This document shows positions 25,512 to 35,557 of a stretch of DNA of 64,000 nt, piece after piece. Under the pieces are notes generated by a model. That model was not told the DNA's origin. It searched no databases and was given only the letters and a program-made list of their open reading frames with translations. Within the stretch, counting starts at the first letter, position 1, and every line of letters begins with the position of its first letter. A program made the translations under genes and the position numbers. The stretch comes from Candidatus Kaiserbacteria bacterium (lineage in GTDB: Bacteria; Patescibacteriota; Minisyncoccia; Phycocordibacterales; Phycocordibacteraceae): contig OY969413.1 of NCBI GenBank assembly GCA_963699165.1, forward strand, positions 468,562 to 532,561. The letters are read 5' to 3'.

Positions 25512-27704
25512 ATGAATCCGGGCGATCCTATCGAGAAGCATTTCCCGCGACTGAAGCCCGACCAGCAGCAGGCGCTTCGCAAGCTCGGCATACGGACGAT
25601 TCGCGACCTGCTCTATCATTTTCCTGCGCGCTATGAAAATGCGGGACCGACCGGAACCATCGCGGGCGCGACTAAGGGCGGAACGGTCACATTGTATGGA
25701 ACCGTGCGCAAACCGGACATCCGCAAAACATGGAAAACAAGGCGACCGATTGCGGAAGCGTGGCTCGAGGACGCGTCCGGCAAAATCAAAATGATGTGGT
25801 TTAGCCAGCCGTACATCGCGAAAAGTTTGCACGACGGCATGGTGGTGAAAGTGAGCGGACGCGTCGCGGGCGAAGGCGCGAAGGCGTATCTCGCGAATCC
25901 CGAAATCGATAAAACGCCGATTAACCCGGAAGAAATTCACGATTCGCTTTTTGCGGCCGCAACGGCGCCGGACGATAAACAGCTGTATCCGATTTATCCC
26001 GAAAGCCACGGCGTTTCGTCGCTCTGGTTTTTGCACGCGCTTAAAAAAGTGTTCGAGGCGCATGCGCACGAAAAGCTCGATGACCCGATTCCTGCGGATA
26101 TTTTGGAACGATACAAATTGCCGGCGCTTTCTTCCGCGCTTGTATTCATCCATGCACCTCGGCGGCTCACGGATGCGGAAGCGGCGCGCAAACGATTTGC
26201 ATTTGAGGAAGTGTTTGCTCTTCAAATCGTGATGCAACAGCGCCGCCGCGCGCTTTTGAAAGAAGAGGCATTGCCGGTTGCGGTAAACAGAAAAGCACTC
26301 GCCGACTTTGTGGCGTCGTTCCCCTTCCCCGCGACGGACGCGCAAACACGCGCCATCGAAACAATCGTCGGCGATTTTGAAAAAACGCATCCGATGTTGC
26401 GGCTTCTTGAGGGCGATGTCGGAAGCGGAAAGACCGCGGTCGCGGCGGCAACCGCGTATTTGGTCGCAACCTCGCTCCCGAAAGGCCGCATCGCGGGAAC
26501 GCTTCAAGTCGCATACCTATGCCCGACCGAAATTCTCGCGAAACAGCATTTCTCCACGTTCGTTTCATATTTTAAAGACCACCCGATACCGATTGGGCTC
26601 ATTACCGGAAGCGAATGCCGAAAATTTCCCTCGCGCGTCCGCTACGAAGAATCCGCGAAACTCTCGAAGGCCGTGTTCAAGAAAATGGTCGCGAACGGCG
26701 AGATACCGATTGTCATCGGCACGCATGCGCTCATCGAAAAATCGCTTTCGTTTAAATATTTCGCGTACGCCATCATCGATGAACAGCACCGCTTCGGCAT
26801 CGTGCATCGTTCCGCACTGCTCCGGAAAAGTGCTACTGGTATGATATATCATACCAGTAGCACTCAGCCGCATTTGCTTTCGATGACGGCGACGCCGATT
26901 CCCCGCACACTTGCACTCACCATTTACGGCGACCTCGACCTTTCAGTGCTCGACGAGATGCCGGTTGGCCGCAAACCGGTTATCACGGAAGTTCTCGGAC
27001 CCGAGAAACGCGAGAAAGCGTATGAGCGCGTTCGCGCCGAACTTGCGCTCGGCCATCAGGCATATGTGATTTGCCCGCGCATCGACGAACCCGACCCCGC
27101 AAAAGAAATGGCGCTTCAGGCAAAATCGGTCAAAGCTGAAGCGGCTCGGCTAGCGAAGTTCGTTTTCCCGGATGCAACCATCGGCATTCTGCACAGCAAG
27201 ATGAAGACATCGGAAAAAGAAGAAACGATGACATCATTCGAAAAAGGCGAAATCGACATCCTCGTAGCAACCTCTGTCGTGGAAGTCGGCGTGAATGTGC
27301 CGAATGCAACGGCGATTCTCATTGAAGGCGCCGAACGATTCGGCCTCGCGCAATTGCACCAGCTTCGCGGCCGCGTGATTCGCTCGACGCACCAGTCATA
27401 CTGCTTCGCACTGCCAGAATCGTTCGGCGAAGCAACGCGCGACCGCATGAAAGCTTTTTCAACTGCAAAAAACGGTTTCGAACTCGCCGAATACGACCTC
27501 GCACTTCGTGGCGCCGGCGAACTCACCGGCGGGCGGCAGTGGGGCGTTTCTGACATCGCGATGGAAGCGTTAAAAAACATAAAGCTGGTCGAAGCGGCGC
27601 GCACCGAAGCCGCCCGTCTCGTCGCGCGAGACCCCGAGCTTCGCACCGAACCCGAACTCGCCCACCGCGCGCACGCGGCCGAAAAAGAAATGCATTTGGA
27701 ATAA
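25512..27704 (+). CDS. recG: ATP-dependent DNA helicase RecG
   Basis: GDVGSGKT, DEQHRFG, MTATPIPRTL, AERFGLAQLHQLRGRV. Confidence 0.95.
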   Translation: MNPGDPIEKHFPRLKPDQQQALRKLGIRTIRDLLYHFPARYENAGPTGTIAGATKGGTVTLYGTVRKPDIRKTWKTRRPIAEAWLEDASGKIKMMWFSQPYIAKSLHDGMVVKVSGRVAGEGAKAYLANPEIDKTPINPEEIHDSLFAAATAPDDKQLYPIYPESHGVSSLWFLHALKKVFEAHAHEKLDDPIPADILERYKLPALSSALVFIHAPRRLTDAEAARKRFAFEEVFALQIVMQQRRRALLKEEALPVAVNRKALADFVASFPFPATDAQTRAIETIVGDFEKTHPMLRLLEGDVGSGKTAVAAATAYLVATSLPKGRIAGTLQVAYLCPTEILAKQHFSTFVSYFKDHPIPIGLITGSECRKFPSRVRYEESAKLSKAVFKKMVANGEIPIVIGTHALIEKSLSFKYFAYAIIDEQHRFGIVHRSALLRKSATGMIYHTSSTQPHLLSMTATPIPRTLALTIYGDLDLSVLDEMPVGRKPVITEVLGPEKREKAYERVRAELALGHQAYVICPRIDEPDPAKEMALQAKSVKAEAARLAKFVFPDATIGILHSKMKTSEKEETMTSFEKGEIDILVATSVVEVGVNVPNATAILIEGAERFGLAQLHQLRGRVIRSTHQSYCFALPESFGEATRDRMKAFSTAKNGFELAEYDLALRGAGELTGGRQWGVSDIAMEALKNIKLVEAARTEAARLVARDPELRTEPELAHRAHAAEKEMHLE
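26829..26864. repeat. 36-bp perfect palindrome inside recG, in frame
   Basis: AGTGCTACTGGTATGATA|TATCATACCAGTAGCACT. Confidence 0.93.
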
Positions 27705-27729
27705 CGATAATGACGGTATACTGCAAAAT

Positions 27730-29437
27730 ATGAATTTTGAGGAATTAGGCGGGAAACCAAAAGAACCAAGGGAAAATAATGTCGGGGAAGAAACCTTTTC
27801 TTATACCCCTTTTGACGCTTATAAAGAGCTCCGAGAACTTAGCCTTTTCTCTTCGGATGAGGATCGGCTCTCATCGCAAGAAAAGCGGGAGCTTAAGCAA
27901 CAGCGACTTAAGGAGTTGAAAGAAAATCTGGCCCAGCAACAGGTCGGGATTGCCGCTATCATTCAATCATTGAGAAATACGATTGAGTCAAATCCTGACA
28001 CGCCTACAGAACTCCTTATGCGCACAGTGAGACAAAGCGCTCCCAAGTTACGACTTAATCAATTTCAGCTTGATAATATTGCTCACGTTCTTCATCAATA
28101 CGAAGCAAGACATCGACAGGTTGAAACATGGCGGGCCCAATATCCCGATGATGCTGATTTGTTTGAGGCATACTTCGGCAAGAAACCGGTTGGACGAATA
28201 CGGATAGTAAAACTGCCCATGACCCTGCATTTTGAGTGCTATTCTCTTGAGGACTATGCCTTTGCGTATCATCGAAAAGGCAACGTGTCTGAACCGTTAA
28301 CGGATGAGGAGATTCAATCTGCCGGACTCTCCGGCGGAGCGGCATTATTTGGTTCAATTGCAACAATCGAGAATGTGTGTGAAGATCTAGAAGAAGAGAT
28401 ACCGGTGGTGTTCAAAACAAAAATTTCAAAAGGAGCGACTCGCTCTCTTCGTTTGCATGAGGAGCTTGAGGACGTCCGAGTATCAGTGGAGGGTCTGGGT
28501 TCTTGGACCCTTGAGATTTTGGAGAGGGATGGTAACTATTTCCCGAAACATATGCGTTTAAAAAACCCTGAAGGCGGCACAGTGTTCGATGTTCGGTCAG
28601 TCAATGCCCCTCAGGGGCCAGGAAAAATATACGTATACCCTCCCAAGATATTTGAGGATGCTAACGAACCGCATGGCAAGCACACAGAGCTGTCCGGCGA
28701 TTTGGTAACCAACGGCAAAGTGTGGGGCAGCTATCACATTGAAAATGATTCTTTGCAGCTGAATGGGTTCTCTGAAGGGTTGGTGTTGGAACATACCATG
28801 TTACAAGAACGTTCACTTGCCAAATTTCCGGAAACGGGATCAATACGCGTTCTGAAACATGAAGAGCAACATGCAATAAACCAATTGCTTGAACCAATCG
28901 AGGGGTTTTTTTAGAAAAGAGACGGAAATGATACTCGCGGCCGCAAAAGCAAAGACACCGCAAGAGGCCCGGTCTATCTTGGTTCGAGGAATATTGCGCG
29001 AAGAACGACGAAAGAGTTTCGACACACGGGCACGCGATGAAATTATCGCATATTACAGAGACGGCACCTCTTTAGGCGCAATCGAAGAAACCTTGAAGGA
29101 GAGCCCGTTGTACGACTATTACGGGAATAAATCGCCATTCTTGGAAGGAGCAATCAGGAGAACCGTTGCTTACCTTGAGCATAAAAAGATTGACGTAGGT
29201 GCAAACGAGAAAACGATCCGAGAGTTCATTCGACCCATATTCAAGGAAGAGTTCACAAGAGAGCTTGAACGCTGGATTCGCGCAGTAAAGCGTCTTGAGG
29301 AAGCAGGATGCGAAAGAGATGAAATTGTCGCTTTGCTTTCTCAAGAGCCGGTAAGCAATTGGGATGCGCTTTCCCGCCGCCACCTTGGTCACAGAAAAGT
29401 GGGTGAACATCCCGAACACGGCGGCAGTTCTCATTGA
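27730..29437 (+). pseudogene. Hypothetical protein with HExxH motif, split by a frameshift at a T7 run
   Basis: ORFs 27730-28914 and 28889-29437 fuse if one T is removed from 28906-28912; HEEQH precedes and RARDEIIAY follows the break. Confidence 0.65.
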
Positions 29438-29451
29438 AGGCCCCGCAATAG

Positions 29452-29466
29452 ATGCATTTGGAATAA
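29452..29466 (+). repeat. Copy of the last 15 nt of recG
   Basis: ATGCATTTGGAATAA identical to 27690-27704. Confidence 0.85.
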
Positions 29467-29470
29467 TTTG

Positions 29471-29543
29471 TGCGCCCACCACGACTCGAACGTGGAACCG
29501 CAGAGGTATAAGCTCTGTGCTCTAACCATTGAGCTATGGGCGC
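29471..29543 (-). tRNA. tRNA-Ile(TAT)
   Basis: GCGCCCA/TGGGCGC acceptor, CAGAG-CTTATAC-CTCTG anticodon arm, CCACG-TTCGAGT-CGTGG T arm. Confidence 0.92.
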
Positions 29544-29670
29544 ATGTCTGTATGGAATCATACAGCGAGGGCTTCGGCAAATTGATACACGCGCGGAAAT
29601 ACAAATACGAGCATGGCCGGACGCGAGGTGGCGAAAATACCGGTTTTATGCGGAATCGACAGTATCCCCG

Positions 29671-30012
29671 TCAAGAAGCGGTTTGCTCGATTTTTGTTCT
29701 GATTGCGGCAATACCGCTCAAAAGCGTTTTTCTCGTAAGTTCCTCCGAACATTGATGGGCGGCTTTGCCGGCACAATTGAGAAGTTCATTGATTTTCTCT
29801 TTGTATGAACGCGAGTGGGCCAATTCCGCAAGTTTAAGAAACGCGGTGACGGCAAGTTCCGGATCCGTGATTTTCCGAGCGAAAGCTTCCGCCTGTGTAA
29901 ACATTTCCAATTGCGTGCCTCCATTTTTTTCTGACGCTATCTTTGTTACGAGATTAACGACTTTCTCGAATTCAGACGGCTCATGCGGTAAACGCTCTAT
30001 CATAAGTGCCAT
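29671..30012 (-). CDS. Hypothetical helical protein
   Basis: 113-aa ORF; no family recognised. Confidence 0.6.
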   Translation of the reverse strand: MALMIERLPHEPSEFEKVVNLVTKIASEKNGGTQLEMFTQAEAFARKITDPELAVTAFLKLAELAHSRSYKEKINELLNCAGKAAHQCSEELTRKTLLSGIAAIRTKIEQTAS

Positions 30013-30073
30013 AGGTTACAAAATAGTATCATCTGTCGACGGGAACAGAAGGATTTTGCTCCATCGCTTCAGA

Positions 30074-32014
30074 TTATTGCACGGCGGGAACGGCGCGCGG
30101 CGAGACCATCGCGTCCTCTTCCCGTTTCTTCGGCGTAATGCCGTTTGCAATGAGAATTTTTTCAAAATCCTCGCGTTCGATGGTCTCCTTTTCGGTCAAT
30201 TCTTTTGCGATGGCATCGAGCGCCTTCCTATGTTCCGAGATGACGGCAATCGCGCGTGCTTTCGCTCCTTCGATAATTCGCGTGACTTCGGCATCGATTT
30301 CGGCCGCCACATGTTCGGAATACGGTTCGTTCCCGAGCTGGCGGTCGCCGAATGCAATCGGTCCGAGTTTTTCGCTCATGCCGTACCGCACGACCATGTC
30401 GCGCGCAATCGCGGTGATGACCATCAAATCGTTGCTCGGCCCCGTCGTAACGTCGTCAAAAAGCATTTCTTCGGCAACATAGCCGCCCAAGGTAGCGGCG
30501 ATGTCATCCAAAAATTGTTTTCGCGATTGCATCTTTTTGTCTTCAAACGGAAGTTTGAGCGTATAGCCCGCCGCGCGGCCGCGGCTGATAATGGAAATTT
30601 TGTGAACCGGATCGGCATTCGGCAAAATAGACGATACGAGCGCATGGCCGGCCTCGTGATATGCCGTCAATTCCTTTTCTTTTTTCGAAAGCAAATGGCT
30701 CTTGCGCTCCGGACCGAGCATCACCTTTTCAATCGAGCGGATGAGGTCGTATTGCGTTACCTCTTTCCGGTTTTCGCGCGCCGCAAGAATCGCGCCTTCG
30801 TTCATGAGCGAATACAGCTCCGCGCCCGAGAAGCCCGGCGTGCGCTCGGCGACGACGGAAAGCACGACGTCCGGACCGAGCGGTTTCTTGCGCGCGTGAA
30901 TCTTCAATATCTCCTCGCGGTCGCGGCGGTCGGGCAAATCGATGGTCACGCGGCGGTCAAAGCGTCCCGGGCGAAGCAGCGCCGGGTCGAGCACATCCGG
31001 ACGATTCGTCGCCGCCATCACCACGACTTTCTCGGTCGGCTCGAAACCGTCCATCTCGACGAGGATTTGATTGAGCGTCTGCTCGCGTTCGTCGTTGCCG
31101 CCGCCCACGCCGGTGCCGCGCACGCGTCCGACCGCATCGATTTCATCCACGAAAATAATCGACGGCGATGCTTTCTTCGCAAGCAGGAACAAATCGCGCA
31201 CGCGCGACGCGCCGACCCCGACAAACATTTCGACAAACTCGGAACCGGAAATCGAGAAGAAAGGCACGCCTGCTTCGCCCGCAACCGCGCGCGCGAGAAG
31301 CGTCTTCCCCGTTCCCGGCGCGCCCATCAAAATGATTCCTTTCGGAATGCGTGCGCCGATGTCGAGGAATTTTTTCGGGCTTTTCAAAAAGTCGACGATT
31401 TCTAGCAGTTCCTCTTTTGCTTCGCGCGCGCCCGCCACGTCGGCAAACGTAACGCGCTGCGTCAGGTCGGCCGGGTCGATGACACGCGCTTTCGATTGCC
31501 CGAAACTAAATGCCTGCATGCCCGCACCACGCACCTGGCGCGACAGAAACCAAAAGAGGAATGCGATGAATAAAAGCGGAATCAGTATCGGCGCAAGATT
31601 CAAAAACCAAAATTGAAATCCCGATTGCCCCTGAACGGTTATGGCGACTTTTGTCAGTTCGGCCGGCGTTACGCCGTAGGTCGCGAGCGTTTCCGGTAAT
31701 CCGGATGCCGGATCTTTGCGCGAGGTTTTCGTCGAGTTATCGGCATACGTGACATCAAGCGAGTCGCCGTTAACGGTGATTGAAGTAATCTTCCCCGCGG
31801 CAACGTCGGCCGCGACGGTCGAAAGCGGCACATCGGTCGACGGCTTCATGAGACCAACCACGAGCGAATACGCGCTCATAAGGAGCAGGAAGATGAGCAC
31901 CGTTGTGATGAGATTGCTCAAAAACGACGGGCCGTTCATGTTCGAAAACCAACCGCGTTTCGGCGGCGGAAGCGGTGTTTTTTTGTTCGGTTTCTTCGGA
32001 GAGACGTTCGGCAT
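30074..32014 (-). CDS. ftsH: ATP-dependent zinc metalloprotease FtsH
   Basis: 2 [26 protein letters not shown]. Confidence 0.97.
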   Translation of the reverse strand: MPNVSPKKPNKKTPLPPPKRGWFSNMNGPSFLSNLITTVLIFLLLMSAYSLVVGLMKPSTDVPLSTVAADVAAGKITSITVNGDSLDVTYADNSTKTSRKDPASGLPETLATYGVTPAELTKVAITVQGQSGFQFWFLNLAPILIPLLFIAFLFWFLSRQVRGAGMQAFSFGQSKARVIDPADLTQRVTFADVAGAREAKEELLEIVDFLKSPKKFLDIGARIPKGIILMGAPGTGKTLLARAVAGEAGVPFFSISGSEFVEMFVGVGASRVRDLFLLAKKASPSIIFVDEIDAVGRVRGTGVGGGNDEREQTLNQILVEMDGFEPTEKVVVMAATNRPDVLDPALLRPGRFDRRVTIDLPDRRDREEILKIHARKKPLGPDVVLSVVAERTPGFSGAELYSLMNEGAILAARENRKEVTQYDLIRSIEKVMLGPERKSHLLSKKEKELTAYHEAGHALVSSILPNADPVHKISIISRGRAAGYTLKLPFEDKKMQSRKQFLDDIAATLGGYVAEEMLFDDVTTGPSNDLMVITAIARDMVVRYGMSEKLGPIAFGDRQLGNEPYSEHVAAEIDAEVTRIIEGAKARAIAVISEHRKALDAIAKELTEKETIEREDFEKILIANGITPKKREEDAMVSPRAVPAVQ

Positions 32015-32040
32015 AACAAAATGTTATTATACTACTTCAT

Positions 32041-32484
32041 ATGACATTAGTCGAATATAAGAAAGCCCTGCTCCGATTTGCGCCGCTTGAGACGTTTGCG
32101 GCGGGTCTTGAGCTGTACGGCACCGAAGTGAAAGCGCTGCGCGGCAAGCTCGGTTCCCTCGACGGTTCCCGCGTCGTGGTGCGCGGCGGCGAGGCCTTTA
32201 TTGTCGGCATGACCATCCCTCCATATCAGCCGGCGAACACCGCAAAGGACTACGACCCGGAGCGTTCGCGGCGCCTTTTGCTCGCGAAAAAGGAGATTGC
32301 AGAGCTCGCGGATGCCGAATCGAAAAAGGGCTTGACAATTGTGCCTCTTGAGGTATATACTAGCAGCAAGCTCATAAAAGCCCGCATCGCCATCGTCCGC
32401 GGCAAGGGCAAAACCGACCGGCGAGAAGATTTGAAAAAACGAGATGCGGAGCGTGAGACAGGTCGAGTTTTGAGAAATCGGTAG
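32041..32484 (+). CDS. smpB: SsrA-binding protein
   Basis: AGLELYGTEVKALR, RRLLL, GLTIVPL, DRREDLKKRD; close to tmRNA. Confidence 0.93.
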   Translation: MTLVEYKKALLRFAPLETFAAGLELYGTEVKALRGKLGSLDGSRVVVRGGEAFIVGMTIPPYQPANTAKDYDPERSRRLLLAKKEIAELADAESKKGLTIVPLEVYTSSKLIKARIAIVRGKGKTDRREDLKKRDAERETGRVLRNR

Positions 32485-32496
32485 TTCCCCTAAAGC

Positions 32497-32778
32497 ATGG
32501 CTTATACGGTTTACATCCTTTACAATCGCGGGGATAGAGGGATGTACGTCGGTTGCACAAGCAATATCGAAAAGCGTTTGTAGCGGCACGGAAATGGGTA
32601 TGTTCCGGCAACAGCAGACAGAAGACCGCTCGACATTGTTCATTCCGAACAATTTGAATCGAAAGCGGATGCCTTCAATCGCGAGAGGTTCCTCAAGAGT
32701 CTTTGGGGAGCGCGCGAAAAAAGGAAGATATTGCTAAGATGGATTCAGGACGAGGCAGAAAAAGTAAAAGATGCCTAG
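32497..32778 (+). pseudogene. GIY-YIG nuclease pseudogene
   Basis: Own translation: MAYTVYIL, frameshift, then MYVGCTSNIEKRL*RH...AFNRERFLKS. Confidence 0.75.
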
Positions 32779-32863
32779 TCCGGTTCACGGTGTGTTTCTG
32801 GCTAAAACATTTTTGCAGCAAAAATGTTCGCCCGAACACATCTTGCAGCAAGATGTGTTTTAG

Positions 32864-33267
32864 GGGGGTGACCGGCTTTGACGGTCTGTACTTTGAAAGA
32901 CGTGCGACGCAGTGCACTCCAATCAACACTAAAAACTGTTGGAAAACAAACTTGCCAAGAACACTCTTGCAAGCGTGAAGTCGCCGTACTTCGGTATGCG
33001 TGATTTCGCGTTCGCGTACGCGGCAGCCTAACGGCTCCTCGCCTGCGCGACGTCTGCCCTCCCGGGTTTCTACAGCCGGAGGAGCGGGCGGAATTATCTG
33101 AAGAATCGATGTCCGGTCTCCCGTCCGGCGCATTTAAATAAGGGATCGGGCAGGAATGGTTTCGTCTGCGTTCCTCGCATCCTGCCTAAGACACTAACGC
33201 TGACTATGCGTCGTAGAAGCGCTTTCATAGCCGGATTCGGACGGGGGTTCGATTCTCCCCACCTCCA
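32864..33267 (+). ncRNA. ssrA: tmRNA
   Basis: GGGGGTG/CACCTCC-A acceptor with G3.U pair, GGTTCGATT T loop; tag ORF 32954-33031 AKNTLASVKSPYFGMRDFAFAYAAA*. Confidence 0.92.
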
Positions 33268-33276
33268 CTCGATAAA

Positions 33277-33305
33277 CAAACGCCACCTTCAGAAGGTGGC
33301 GTTTG
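33277..33305. terminator. Hairpin after tmRNA
   Basis: caaacgccaccttc-a-gaaggtggcgtttg. Confidence 0.65.
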
Positions 33306-33317
33306 CGTTTAACAGAG

Positions 33318-33731
33318 TGGAGATGGAACGAGACGCCTGCGCGTCTCGTGTGGAGAATCGAAAGGCGCAGCGATGTTTTGTCAGCAGACAAAACCGCGAG
33401 CCGGGGTCGAGCAAATTCGCGAGTGACGACGAGCGAATTATGCGTGACCGACTCTCCCCGCTTAGCGATTCGTGACTTCGACTCCCGTTTTTCATATAAA
33501 CCGCGAGCCGGGGTCGCGAAAATTTCGAGCGGCGGCGAGAAATTATTCGTGACCAATTCTCCCCGCCCCAATTTGTCCGGAGCATTTTACTTAGCGATTC
33601 GTGACTTCGACTCCCTGTCTGCACGCCTCACGTGGAGAATCGAATGGCGGAGCGATGTTTTGTCAGCAGACAAAACCGCGAGCCGGGGTCGAGCAAATTC
33701 GCGAGTGGCGACGAGCGAATTATGCGTGACC
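33318..33731. repeat. Composite hairpin-rich repeat cluster downstream of tmRNA
   Basis: 100-bp unit at 33350-33449 and 33632-33731 (about 3 mismatches); cttagcgattcgtgacttcgactccc twice. Confidence 0.85.
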
Positions 33732-33897
33732 TGTTATAAGAAAAGTAGCAGGTTCCAACGAATGTTTAGGCATAAATCCGGCCGCTAACTCACATCTCAA
33801 ATATTGGATCAGGGCAACAGAGGGTGGATGTTATTGAACTCAAACGGTTTGCGAGGATATATAATAAAGAGGTTTCTTACTTCATCAAATAATTACT

Positions 33898-34533
33898 ATG
33901 AAAAAAATCACAACAATTCTTGCCGCTCTATTTTTTGTGGTTCCATCTGTATCATTTGCGGCGGCTCTCACTCCACAGCAATCAAACAGTCTCATCGCGG
34001 TCGTACAAGCATCCCCAGGTACACCTGCAAACGCTTTCGTTTCCCTCATAACCGCTTTCTCAAATATATCAGTCACCCAAGCTACCAGTCTCATCACAGT
34101 TATTCAAGCAGCCCCTGGCGTACCTGCAAGTGCCTTTGTTAGCCTTTTAACTTCTTTTACCGCAGACACGACCGCAACACAAACAGTTACGCCAGTAACA
34201 AACCCCATCTCGACTACTCAACCGGTGACATCAACAGCGACTTGGCATCAGGCCTTCACATTTTCTGGTAGCGGCACATCGCTTACAAATTCTCCCCAAT
34301 TCACGTTGCATGGGAAAGAACAACGTATTGACTGGAGTTGTTCCGTAGTCGATGCATCACTCGACATTAGTAATTTTGGTGCCAATATTCAGGCGACACA
34401 AGATTATTCTGGTGACAGTATCGCGAGTGATGAAACCTGTCCGACCTCTAAAACAACGTACGAGTACGACTTGTCTCCTGGACAGTACTATCTTCAGCTT
34501 GGTCCAACCAATGCTAGTTCTAATAGACATTAA
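33898..34533 (+). CDS. Secreted hypothetical protein
   Basis: Signal peptide ending VSFA; internal duplicated SLI..VQA.PG.PA.AFVSL motif. Confidence 0.75.
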   Translation: MKKITTILAALFFVVPSVSFAAALTPQQSNSLIAVVQASPGTPANAFVSLITAFSNISVTQATSLITVIQAAPGVPASAFVSLLTSFTADTTATQTVTPVTNPISTTQPVTSTATWHQAFTFSGSGTSLTNSPQFTLHGKEQRIDWSCSVVDASLDISNFGANIQATQDYSGDSIASDETCPTSKTTYEYDLSPGQYYLQLGPTNASSNRH

Positions 34534-34588
34534 CGATTTCCAAAAAATAATGCGGGCCGCCCTTTGGGGCGGCTTTCGCATTATTTTG

Positions 34589-34925
34589 TGGAGGTGAGCA
34601 AGACACCTGCGTGTCTTGCGTGGGAGAATCGAATGCCGGAGCCATGTGCGAAGCACAGCGAGGCGGGGTCGAGAGCACTTAGCACTTTTGCGAATACTTG
34701 GAGCAAAATGCTTAGTGACTCGTGACCAACTCCCCACCTATATACAAACCGCAGTCCTTTAGGAGTCGCGCAAATTCGCGAGCGAACCCAGTAGGTCATT
34801 CTGCTGAATGAGACGAGCGAATTATGCGTGACCGACTCTCACCGCTTAGCGATTCGTGACTTCGACTCCCCTACTGAAATGTATTGGAGCAAAATGCTTA
34901 GTGACTCGTGACCAATTCTCCCCGC
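34589..34925. repeat. Second cluster of the same repeat family
   Basis: gacgagcgaattatgcgtgaccgactctc, cttagcgattcgtgacttcgactccc, and ttggagcaaaatgcttagtgactcgtgacc twice. Confidence 0.8.
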
Positions 34926-35049
34926 TTCAGCTCTTGGAGCAATCCGATTAGCGATTCTCTGCTTGGACCCCCATTTCCAACGTCGCATTGCCATCTTCCC
35001 CAAAAAATGGTTCCATTCATTCGGTAGCAACTTTCACAAAGGAGTATCC

Positions 35050-35367
35050 GTGGCAACCCTGCAATCCGGACCCATTCCATGCACAGAAATCATCGAGCGC
35101 GGCGAAGACGAGATTGTTCTAGAACCGGGTCATATTCGTATCAAAATCCTCAGTTGGACACTGGCGGCCGTTCAGGTCGAAATTCATTGTTCGAGTGGGA
35201 GGATAGGGCGCACAATCCTCGCCGGAAAACGTCTTGTCGTAGCCCCAAACAGGCCGTGCCTCGTGGTAAATTGCCTCGGCACGTTATCCGGACCGCGCCT
35301 TGTGCTGACACCTGAGCGGTCAGAATCTCAAGTGGGTCGATTGGTCGTTGAACGGTATAGCGAATAA
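35050..35367 (+). CDS. Hypothetical protein
   Basis: GTG start after GGAG; followed by a hairpin near 35387-35418. Confidence 0.45.
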   Translation: MATLQSGPIPCTEIIERGEDEIVLEPGHIRIKILSWTLAAVQVEIHCSSGRIGRTILAGKRLVVAPNRPCLVVNCLGTLSGPRLVLTPERSESQVGRLVVERYSE

Positions 35368-35557
35368 ACGACCAGCCCCGGACATCAAACCCACCGAGCA
35401 CCGCGCTCCGTGGGTTTGATTTTTTGCGCCCGGGAAAGTTTGCATCCCTCTTCGCTTTTTAGAGATTTTGACTTCCTCCTCTTTTTCTCATACGCTAATC
35501 ACGCAACCAGCCGAAAAGGATGTGGTTGTAAGTTCGTTATGAAATGAAGGGGAAATT

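Noticed and set aside
29765-31405. 546-aa plus-strand ORF and similar long antisense ORFs opposite rnr, smc, pyk and gnd
   Set aside because: These are shadow frames of GC-rich conserved genes with no recognisable motifs.
33318-33731. CRISPR array downstream of tmRNA
   Set aside because: Units are about 100 bp, irregularly spaced and lack unique spacers.
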